DNA of 63,966 bases, the filler included, from Olpidium bornovanus S191 (lineage: Eukaryota; Fungi; Olpidiomycota), in NCBI GenBank assembly GCA_017911155.1. It is 22 parts of 22 records of this genome, joined end to end, with 100 filler letters (N's around TTAATTAATTAA, not from the genome) between each part and the next. Parts side by side here need not be neighbours in the genome. Positions count along the whole stretch, not along the records: positions 10,333 to 15,342 come from JAEFCI010001707.1; positions 15,443 to 19,427 come from JAEFCI010002352.1; positions 19,528 to 20,733 come from JAEFCI010000123.1; positions 20,834 to 23,046 come from JAEFCI010005692.1; 18 more parts are not named here. One strand, 5' to 3'. The position numbers and the translations under genes were made by a program. This document shows positions 10,938 to 20,850 of the stretch, piece by piece. A model generated the notes under the pieces. The model was not told where the DNA came from, made no database searches, and saw nothing but the letters and a program-made list of their open reading frames with translations. Each line of letters begins with the position of its first letter. The first letter of the stretch is position 1.

Positions 10938-13900
10938 ATGGCTCCGCAGTCGAGACCGCGCCGCGTGTTCGAAAAGATCGTCAGCGGCACCGCGCGGCTA
11001 GCGTCCGCGGCCGGCGGCCGGGCTGCCGATCGCCACTCGATCGTCGCCGACGAGACCAGCGTGAGGGCCTTCGTCAAATGGGGCAACTTCCACCTGTCCG
11101 CCGACGGCGACAAGGTCACCGACTTGTCCGTGGACTTCCGGTGAGAAAGGAAGAGAGGCAGTGGGTTTAAAGGAGTGGCTTCTTTTTCTTTTCTTTTGTT
11201 TTTCCCTCGCCAGCAAAGGAACGAAAAAAAAAAAAAAAAAAAAATAAAGGGAGGCCGGGGTGCTCGCTTCTTGAGCCTTTGCGAACGTTCGCCCGCTGAT
11301 CAGATAAAATCTTTCTCCTTAGAGACGGTAAGCGCCTGCTCAAGCTCCTCGAGGTCGTATCGGGCGAGAAACTGCCCCGGCCGGAGCGCGCCTCCATGAG
11401 GATCCATTACATCCAGAACGTCGCGAAATCCTTGAAGTACCTGGAGGTAAAAAAAAAATAAAAATAAAAAAACGTTGGAGGGGGGGAGGGGGGGGGGGGG
11501 GGGGGGGTGGGGTAGTAACAGTTTGGTTGAAATTGCTTACATATACGCATATGTATAAATATATGTGTTCACTTTTCGACTGACGATTAACGACCTTAAC
11601 AAACAGACCAAGCTCGGGGAACCGCTGGCGAACTGCAGCGCCGAGGACATCGTCGACGGGAACGTCAAGCTGACGCTGGCGATGCTGTACCAGGTGACAA
11701 GATTCCAGCTACTGATCGCCGCAGACGACGTAAGTTTTGGCGGTGCCGAACACCCTTCTGTCCCGCTCTCCCGCGCCGGAAAAAAAAAATTGACTGGGCC
11801 GTCTTCGTTTGCGCGGGTGGGGCGAAACAAAAAAAAAAATTAGCCTTCCCTCGCGGAAACCGTCGATCACGCGCGCCTCGCAAAGAAGTCGTCCAAGGAG
11901 ACCGCCCTTATAAGGAACGCGGCCGACGGCGCCGTCGCCGGCGACGCCGCCACCGCCCGCGACAAGGCTTCGGCTTCCGAAAAACCGCCGCTCGGCGACG
12001 CCAAAGCGTCCATCCTGGCCTGGTGCAACTCCCAGATCGCCAAATACGTGGAGCGCGGCCTCGCGGCGCCGGTGACCGACTTCAGCGCCAGCTGGCGGTC
12101 CGGTCTCGCTTTCTCCGCCCTCCTCCACCGACACGACCGCTACCTCCTGCCGCGCTTTCCCGAGATGGTCGAAGGCCTCAGGTCGGGCACCGCGACCCCG
12201 GCCTCCGCCCTGCACCAGGCGTTCAAAGTCGCGGAGACGCACCTGAACATCCCGCAGCTCCTGGAACCGGAAGACCTGGTGGACGTCGAGAAGCCCGATG
12301 AGAAGGTAACATTTTGTGGGACTTCGTCGTTTTCCTGCTGCCCCACACCTTCCGTTTTTCTTTTCTTTTCCGTCCCCGCCCCCTCTCTTTCCTCCGGCAG
12401 TGACTTCTGAGCAGGCCTGATCCCCACCACCCCCCGCGGGTTGCGCCTTTTTTTGCAGATAGTTCTGGCTTGCTTGACGGGATGGTACTCCGCCCTGAGT
12501 AAAATACAGCGCACGCCGGAATGGCAAGCCGTCGACAACGAGCGCTGGCAGGAGTACGACCCGATGTTGATCTCTGAGGAAGGCCTTCGTAAGTGGGAAG
12601 CGGAGCGCAAAGCGCGCTCGCAGGCGAACAAAAATCGCACGGCGGAACCCGCCTGTCCCCACCCCCGCGCCGAACCGACGGACGACGACCCGCGAGTTCG
12701 GGAAACGACGACGAGCAGCGAAAGGCCCGCAGGAGGCTGGGCCGCTGAGCCCGACGGAACGGCCGCTGAGGCCGGCGAAACGGCCGCATCGCCCGAGCCC
12801 TCCGACGAAATCGACGGTGACTTGGACCTCGAGAACTCGGCAGAGTCGCCGGATGAAGGAACACGGGAGCTTGCCCAGGCGGGCGATGCGGCTCCGGCCG
12901 AAGAGGCCATCGACGAGGCGGGGACGAGGGAAATCGGCGAGTGGGTCGAGACGAGCGAGGGGCTGCGGACAGAGCTCGCCGCGATCCTTGGGACTGCCGC
13001 GTCGCTGCTGGAGGCGGACCGCCGCGATGCGGGAGAGCTCAGCTACCTCCACGCGGAGCTTTCTGGCCTCCAGAAGGACGTCTCCTCCGCCGCGCAAGAA
13101 GGGCGGGACCTTCTCGCGCGGAGCGCCGGAACCGCTTCTCCCCAGCATCCGGCGTTCGACGTTGCCGCCGCCGAGAAGACGCGCGCGTGCGTGCGCGAGC
13201 TGGACGCCGACCACGCGGCCGCCGAAGAGCTCGTCGGGAAGCTGGCTCGCGCCATTCAGCTACATCCCGCCGGCGACACGCCGGCGCCCAAATCGTCTCC
13301 CGAACCGCAACCTTCCGCCTCGCCCGCCGCGCCGGCGGCGGCTGTGCTGCCCGCGGTCCGAGACGCACTCGAGACGGCGGTGCCCGCCGATCCGCCTTCG
13401 CATCCCGCCGGCGACACGCCGGCGCCCGAATCTTCTCCCAAACCGCAACCTTCCGCCGCCCCCGCCAAACCGGCGGCGACTGTGCCGCGCGCTGTCCGAG
13501 ACGACTTCGAGACGGCGGCAGCGCCCGCCGACCTGGCTTCGCGCGCAACGCCGGCCGCCGCGCGCCGGGAGGAAAAATCAACGGCCACAGAGAACCCCGT
13601 TTTCACGCCGTCCAAACGCCAGGTGACTTCCAAATCGGGCTCCGGAATCGACAGCTGGATCGCGCCGGCAGAGGCCTTGATTGAAGACTGCGAGGTGATG
13701 CTGAAAGAGCAGCGCGCGGCCGCCTTGGACCTGGTCTGGAGGCCGACCGCCATCGACAAGCGCCCGCCCGAGGTGAAGGACGCGAGATGCGAGGCGGGCG
13801 TCGCCGAAGCCGCCGACTTCCACGGCCGGTGCGAAAGCCTCGCCCGGAAAGTCGTCGTCTCGCTCAACGAAGGGCGCAAGCTCCTTGCCCAGCTGGAAGG

Positions 13901-15131
13901 CTCCGCCGCCGACGACGACCTCGTCCGGGCAACGCTGGTCGAGTCCGTCGTGCAGCGCCTCGAGTCCTCTATCTTCCTGGCGCTCAAGGGGTCGCGGGAG
14001 TACTCTCGCCTGCCGACGCAGACCCGGGCCGCTCGGCACTTCGAGGACAAGGCGCGGAAATTCTTTCACGCCGTTCGCAACCTGGAATCCGCGATCGCCG
14101 CCGTGCCGGTGTTCAGACTCGGGGAACCGGAGAAGGGCGAGGAGAAGGTGGAGGGGGCGGAGGCGGAGGTGGAGGCGGAGGGGGGCGAGGAGCGCCAGCC
14201 GGGGCGGCGGCCGCAATTACCGGGCAGCAGCAGCAACAACGGCGCCGGCGCCGACCCCGCGGCATGCTTCAGCTTTTCCGTGTACGAGGCGCTACGGAGG
14301 GTGGAGCTGGAGCTGGATCAGCTTGAGTCGCACTTCGTGGACCTGAAGGCTCACCGGTTCTCCATCACGCCCCTGTCAAAGAGCGTCGTGCTCCTCAGCT
14401 CGGAGGCGGTCGCGCAGTTCGAGCTCGAGCTGGACGACACCCTCGCCGTCCCGCGCGACCGCCTGTCCGCCGCCTCCGCCGCCACGGCGGCGGCTGCCGA
14501 GGACGCAAGGCGCGGGGTCACCGCGCACTACGAGCTCCGGCCGGCGGACGAGGTGGCGTCGGAGGTCTCCCAGCTGGCCGACGAGTTGCAGGAGCGCCTC
14601 AAGGCGCTCCACGACTCGCGGGACTTCGCGCCGGGGGCGGCGGCGGCGGCGGCAATGCCGGCCGGGCAGCGCAAGGTCGCGCTGGGCGATTGCCACTGCC
14701 AGATCGAGACGATGGTGAACCCGGCGGTGCCCGTCGTGAGACGATTCGCCGCCGGAGGCGCGCACGCCGGCCTGGAAGCGAAGCTCCAGCGGCTGGAGGC
14801 GTACCGGCTCGCCACGGCCGCCAAGGAGGCCGCGAGGGAGTCCTTGCCGCTGGCGCAGGCGCCGCAGTCGCCGCGCGTTTCCTCATCCACTGGGGCGGGG
14901 GCGATGAGCCCGGTTCCGCTGGAGCTCGTCCTCCCGCCTCGCCCGACCTCCCCGGCGCCGCACAAGCGCGTGGACTCCAAGACGGCGCTGTCGACGCCGC
15001 GCGCGCTGCCGCTGCCCCCGTCTCCAACGCACTACGCCGACGACTCGGGCTCGGCCAAGGACCGGCGCTCGGTGATGAACTGGATCGAGCGGCAGGTCAA
15101 CCGCCGGAGCAAGAGGCAGATCCAGCATTAA
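10938..15131 (+). CDS. Tandem calponin-homology (CH1-CH2) actin-binding protein with long helical/disordered rod, 1194 aa, 5 exons
   Basis: Exons 10938-11140, 11323-11446, 11607-11729, 11844-12305 and 12459-15131 are all GT-AG and phase-consistent. CH1 motifs: AFVKWGNFHL, DFRDGKRLLKLLEVVSG, AEDIVDGNVKLTL. CH2 motifs: ILAWC, VTDFSASWRSGLAFSALLH, AFKVAETHLNIPQLLEPEDL, PDEK. Confidence 0.88.
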
Positions 15132-15442
15132 GACGGTTGACAGAAAGCAGAGACACGCAAAACGCACACGCGCGCTTTCTTCCCCCCTTCCTTTCCCCTT
15201 TACCTCCTGAGTAAAATGTATCCCCGCCTTATCCCGCCCAACTTACGCCCGCGCGGATTCGTCCGCATCGCAAACAAGTACCCTTTTCCCCACACGTTCA
15301 CGTCGTGGCGTTCGTTGTTTGGTTTTCTCGGCTACCGTCGGGNNNNNNNNNNNNNNNNNNNNNNNNNNNNNNNNNNNNNNNNNNNNTTAATTAATTAANN
15401 NNNNNNNNNNNNNNNNNNNNNNNNNNNNNNNNNNNNNNNNNN

Positions 15443-15616
15443 AAATAGCGTCCCTTCCGCTCCGTAGCTCGACTTCGACCCCAACCAACTTACCTGAACT
15501 CGAACCTTGACCTTTCCCCTTCGACTGCACTTGCAGCCCTCGTCACCTTACCTGTAGCACCGTCTCAGACCAGACAAGGGAGAGAAATATAACGCTGTGA
15601 ACCTTGCCGCAGTACA
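15443..15616 (+). mobile_element. 3' part of an LTR, same family as 8258-8714
   Basis: Shares AAATAGCGTCCCTTCCGCTCCGTAGCTCGAC and ...ACGCTGTGAACCTTGCCGCAGTACA with the reverse complement of 8258-8436. Confidence 0.85.
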
Positions 15617-15751
15617 CCAGGGGCAGCCTGCCTGATGGCGTAGTTGTTGGTGAGGCCTGGCGAACCGGGAGTGGTTGTCCGTCCATGGTGGCTTTGGCCT
15701 GACGAAGTGCGGGCGGTGGTTTTCCGCGTTAGCACTGGTGGTTCTCTCCTA

Positions 15752-15870
15752 TTGCGCAGTTGCCGACAGGCCGCTCTCTTTTGCGCAGTTGCCGACGGGC
15801 GGCTCTTATTTGCGCAGTTGCCGACAGGCGGCTCTCTGTTGCGCAGTTTGCCGACGGGCGGCTCTCTTTT
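15752..15870. repeat. 29-bp tandem repeat, 4 copies
   Basis: TTGCGCAGTTGCCGACRGGCGGCTCTCTT units start at 15752, 15781, 15810 and 15839. Confidence 0.93.
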
Positions 15871-17381
15871 GCTTTGGGAGATTATCGCGGGCAGGAAAGT
15901 CCGCTTGGGCTCATAACCTGTTAAAGTCGGGCCAGAGGAGAAGGCGAAGAAGATGCGCCGCGCGGGAAGGAAGGAAAGCTGTATTTTTGTGTGCGCAGGG
16001 CGTGGCGTCGCTATCTCCTCCAGGCTCATTTTTATATGGCGGGGAGCTCGGAATTCTATAAAGGGGCAACAGGGGTAAACGAAGGAGGAGGGGGCGCAGT
16101 GTTCAATCTCCCTTGTTTCAGGCTGTGTTTCAGCCCCTGTTTCGGGCTTCGTTTCAACAGAAACCCCCCCCCCCAAAAAAAAAAAAGCGTGTCCCGTCTG
16201 TCCGCGTTTCTCGCGACTGCGCTTTCTGTCCGCCCGACACCCCCTCCCCCCACCTCCGCCCGTCTCAGCCCCGCGCGCGCGCGTGCAAACCCGCCCCAAC
16301 CTCGCATTGCGCCGTTTTCTGTCTGCTTGCTACTTTGCTGACCTGCCGCTTCTGCGCAATGTATTCCGGACCAGCGCAGCCGCCGTGCTGCTGCATGTGA
16401 CGCCGCGCGTACCTTACGCCTCCCTCCCACTCCTCACCCCCTCCCGCGCAATGACGATGAACATACAGCACGCTCAACGCTTACAACAGCCGCGGCCACT
16501 AGAGGGGTGAAACGGGGCCGCGCGGGCCGGTGTGACCGGTGCCCGGTGCAGGTTGTTGTCTTTGCCCCGCTCAAATCGGTCCACTGCAGTTTGATAGCGG
16601 TAGCAACATAGTGGCGCTCGAACACTGCCCATGTGATTCAGGCATCCCTTCGTTGAATGCAGGTCGCTGGCAGGAACTGCACTTTGGCGTGCCTCAGATT
16701 GAGCCCGTGGTAACGTGAGACCGGGAACGTGGGACGCAGCAAAAAGGCGGGGCTGCTGAGGCCTGGGTGGGGAGGAAGGGGGAGGGTTGGGGGGGGCGAG
16801 GGGAGCAGGCGGGGGTGGGCCGCGCCAGCAACGCAGGATTCTTTCTTTCTTCTTCTCAAGGAACCATTCCCTTAGGGGGGTGCAGTTTTGCCTTTTTAGA
16901 AAAAGGAGTGATTCAACCCGGCAGCAGGGACCGCCGCGCTCTTGTCCTGTTTGCCATTTCTTTTTTGTTTTTTTTTTCTCATAACGCCGAACCCGGCAAA
17001 AGCAGCAAAATCCCTCGGTACGACGCAACATTCCTGGGAGCTCGCAAATTATTTATTTTTTTTCTGCCGTGCACCGTGCACCGGAAAATTCGCGAAAACG
17101 GTCTCGGGGGCGGGTTGGCGCAGCCGGTTGGGCGGAATTCCAGGGGCTGGGGGGAGAGGGATATGGCCGGGTGGCGGGGCGGGGCGGGCGGTTGGGGGAG
17201 GGGAAGTGGGCGCTGTTGAATTCGAAGGGTTTGAAGTTCCCAGGGAGTTGATCTAACCCTTGATTCTACCCCACTTCACAAAGAAAAAGGAGAGAATTTA
17301 GGGGGTGAAAACCGGGAGGCGGGCGAAGTGTTCTGTTTTCCCGTAAACCCCTTCAATTCAGGCTCCGCTTAACGGGGGCAC

Positions 17382-17414
<33 letters not shown>

Positions 17415-17507
17415 GTTTTCCGGTTATTTCCCGCGCGCTCTGACGATTGGGTGCCATTGGCACGATAATTTGGCTCGGGTGGTTGACACGGCTGATGGTC
17501 AGCCAGC

Positions 17508-17542
17508 CTCTCTCTCTCTCTTTCAGTCACTTGCCCTCTCAG

Positions 17543-17579
<37 letters not shown>

Positions 17580-17641
17580 CTCTGTTCTCTCTCTCTCCCG
17601 CGCGCGCTCACCCGCGTCTCGCCAACCGCCGACACACCGAA

Positions 17642-17681
<40 letters not shown>

Positions 17682-17720
17682 TTTCTTTCTCTCTCTCTGT
17701 CGCTCTTTCGCCTGCGCTCC
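17508..17720. repeat. (CT)n and (CA)n microsatellites upstream of the GBP gene
   Basis: Directly visible dinucleotide runs. Confidence 0.9.
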
Positions 17721-17819
17721 CTCTCGCTCTCCATTCTCTGACCGACCCCTCCCACCTCTCCGCGCCTGGAGTCGAACGAAAACCACCGTCGGAAAAAACC
17801 GCCGCCTTCTTTCTGCCCA

Positions 17820-19262
17820 ATGGAATCCCCAGGTGAACAATTAAAAAACAAAAAAAAAACTGCACGCGCGCCCGCGAGAGAGATCCTCCCCGCACCGCCG
17901 CAGGGACACTCACCACTTTGTTGTTGCCCATCCCCCCCCCCCCTCCCCCCCGCCTTCCCCCTCACCACCCCGCCCGCCCGCGCTCGACTGCAGTCCCGCT
18001 CATCACCACCAAACAAGACGGGTCGTTCGCCGTCTCGACCCAAGCAGAGGAGATCCTGCAGGGCATCGAGGGCAACCTCGGAGTGATATGCGTCGCCGGT
18101 AAGAGCGGGGACGGAAGGAACGCTGATCGCACGCGCCGCACCCGCACCCTGCCGAACTTTTCCCCATTTCGGCCCGGATTATAACCAAGAAAAAAAAATT
18201 GTGTCTCCGTTGCCGGCAAAAAAAAAAAAAAAAAAAAAAAAAATCTCAGGGCTCTACCGGACGGGGAAGTCGTACATTCTCAACGTGAGCGAAAAAAAAA
18301 AAAAACGACGGCGTTCCGCGCACACAAACACGCACTCGCACGCACGTGTGCACGCACCTGCCAAACGAAAAAGCGTTTTTGGCTGTCCCGAGACTCACCG
18401 GGAGTGACAAAAAAAAACACGCAGCGGCTCGCAGGCAGCTCGAAAGGGTTCAGCATCGGCTCTTTTGTGGGTGCGTTTTGCAGACGCGCGCTTCCGCCTC
18501 GAATTCCGCGAGTTTGTTGCGGACACGCGGTTCCTTTCCCTTCCTTTTTTCTAACTTTCCCCTATTTCTCTCCCCCCCCACCCACTTCCCTTCCCTTTCT
18601 TCCTCCCCTCATCCCTCTTTTTTTTTAATTAGAGCCTTGCACGCAAGGTAACGTGTCAATTTGGCCCGACAGGCGGGGCGTATGGGGGCAGGGGGGGGGG
18701 GGTGAGAGAGGAGGGGAAACAGAGACCGGTGTTATGACGCGGATCGGATCGCGCGCGCGTCGATGGGGGTTTTCTTTTTTCCGGACGCTCTCGAAAGGCA
18801 TGCACATGCGGGTCGTCCCGAAGGACTTCTGTTCAAAGCACCTCAAAACCGGCGGCATGTCCGTGATCCTGCTGGACACGGAGGTGGGTGGAGGGAGGCA
18901 GGGGTGGGGTTGTGGCGCGGAGTCCGCCGGTCGCGTCGGCTGATTAACGGATCCATCAGTAGGGGCTGGGAAGCTACAAAAGGGGCCAGGTAAAGGGTGG
19001 TGGGGTAGGCGGGTTGCCTGCCCTCTGGCTGCGACGCAATTAATGCGCATATGTCAATTATCAGTTATATAATTTGTTCTGTTTAACCTCGTATATTCCG
19101 TACTATTTATTTATTTTCTTATTTATTTTTTTCTGACCCCCCACACCGCGCTTTTCTCAAAGAACCACGACGTAAAAATTTTCGCCCTGGCGCTGCTCCT
19201 CGCCAGCACCTTCGTGTACAACTCCATGGGAAGCATTGACGAAGGAGCCTTGGACCGGCTGT
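17820..19262 (+). CDS. Guanylate-binding protein (GBP) family large GTPase, N-terminal part, at least 8 exons
   Basis: Exons 17820-17832, 17994-18098, 18250-18284, 18425-18470, 18633-18647, 18798-18883, 18963-18989 and 19163 onward splice in phase. They give MESPVPLI...VICVAGLYRTGKSYILNRLAG...FSIGSFVEPCTQGMHM...VILLDTEGLG...NHDVKIFALALLLASTFVYNSMGSIDEGALDRL (G1, G2 and G3 of GBPs). Truncated by the contig end. Confidence 0.93.
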
Positions 19263-19569
19263 CATATCCTGCGTTTTTTTGTTCATTTCTCCGGTTTTTC
19301 CGCGACAAAAAAAGAAAAAAGCGACCGGTTGATCCTCGACATTCGCGCGCGCGGTTGTCCCCGGCCCGCCCGCATCCCCGCGATCTGATTCCGGCTCCTC
19401 CCTCTCTCCCCCCCCCCCCCCCCCCCCNNNNNNNNNNNNNNNNNNNNNNNNNNNNNNNNNNNNNNNNNNNNTTAATTAATTAANNNNNNNNNNNNNNNNN
19501 NNNNNNNNNNNNNNNNNNNNNNNNNNNACGGCGGGGGAAGGGGGGGGGCGCGCGCGCGGGCGGGGGGGG

Positions 19570-19606
<37 letters not shown>

Positions 19607-20600
19607 AATAAAAAACAAATCGGCGGATTATCTTTTTCTTTTTTTGGACATCGGACGGAAAAATACTTTCACGGGCGCGCGCTCGGAAACACTCCCCCAC
19701 CCCACCCACACCCACCCAACAACTTCCCCCGGGACGCGCGTGCCTGTGGCAACCCCTCCGGCCCCTTTCCCACTTTCCTCTTCAGCTCCCCTGACCCGCA
19801 CGGCGAAAAAGAGATGAAGAAAAAAAAAAGTTCCGGTTACTCGAACGAAAAAGCCCGCTTTTCGCTCCCTCTTCCTCCCTACCCCTCCCCCCCCCCCCCC
19901 CCCACCCCACACTTCTCCCCAAAGCCCTTCCCCAGGGATGGTCCCGGGGCCAATCGTTCCTTTTTTTTTGTTCCGCGAAAAGCCCCGAAGGAAGACCCGG
20001 CGAGGGCGGAACGCGGAAACGCGTGTTCCGAAAGAAATAAATGTTTCGGTCGGGCGGCGGCCGGAGGGCAGGTGGGGGGGGGGAAGGGAGGGAAGGGGAG
20101 GGGGAGTAAGGGGGAAGTTGATTACAAAAAGCACCATAGCGCGCTGCGGCGGAGAAACCCCGCCTTCCGTTTGTCGAAAAACGCGCCCCGTTTGGGTTTT
20201 CTTTCTTTCTTTTTCTATTTTTTTTTTTTTTTTTTTGTTAAGGCGGCGCGCCGGCCTCGACCTCCCTGCGCGCGCGCAAAGCAAACCGAGAGGTTTTGTG
20301 GCGAAGAAAGGAGAAAGGTCACGTCTCGGGGGTGCGGAGCCTCTGTGAAAAAAAAAAGCGTAAGAGAGGGGATCGAGAAAAAAGAGGCCCGTTTTTGGCG
20401 AATAAGTGGTTTTTCTTTTCTTTTTTTTTTTTTCAAACGGCAGACACCCGCCTCCCAATTCCGCTCCACCCCTCCACCTCCCCCCTTCCCCTCCCCCGCG
20501 CCGAAGCCGCAAAAGCCGGTTGGAGAATCCTGCCCTGCCCGACAAATACCTCCGCCCGCCCGCTCCCTCCGCCGCCCCCTGCCGCGGCGTTCCGGCGGCC

Positions 20601-20733
20601 TCAGGCCTCGAGCATGATCCCGAACCCAAACTTGTGCTGGCATCGGGCGTGGTCCATCTCGCCGGACAAGAGGAAAGAGAAGCCGGGGGCGAGCTTCTCC
20701 TCCAAGACGGCGGACAGCTTGCCCTGGGAGTCG
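20601..20733 (-). CDS. TOM40: Tom40 mitochondrial import channel, C-terminal exon
   Basis: DSQGKLSAVLEEKLAPGFSFLLSGEMDHARCQHKFGFGIMLEA* matches the last beta-strands of Tom40. Confidence 0.8.
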
Positions 20734-20850
20734 NNNNNNNNNNNNNNNNNNNNNNNNNNNNNNNNNNNNNNNNNNNNTTAATTAATTAANNNNNNNNNNN
20801 NNNNNNNNNNNNNNNNNNNNNNNNNNNNNNNNNGGCCTAGAGTCTGCGTT

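Noticed and set aside
15636-15646. TGGCGTAGTTG as a tRNA-Ser primer-binding site
   Set aside because: It lies 19 nt beyond the LTR end rather than adjacent to it, and the match is short.
15905-15920. GGGCTCATAACC as a tRNA-Met anticodon arm (tRNA or SINE)
   Set aside because: The anticodon stem pairs poorly, and there is no D arm, GTTC T-loop or acceptor stem at any of the four copies.
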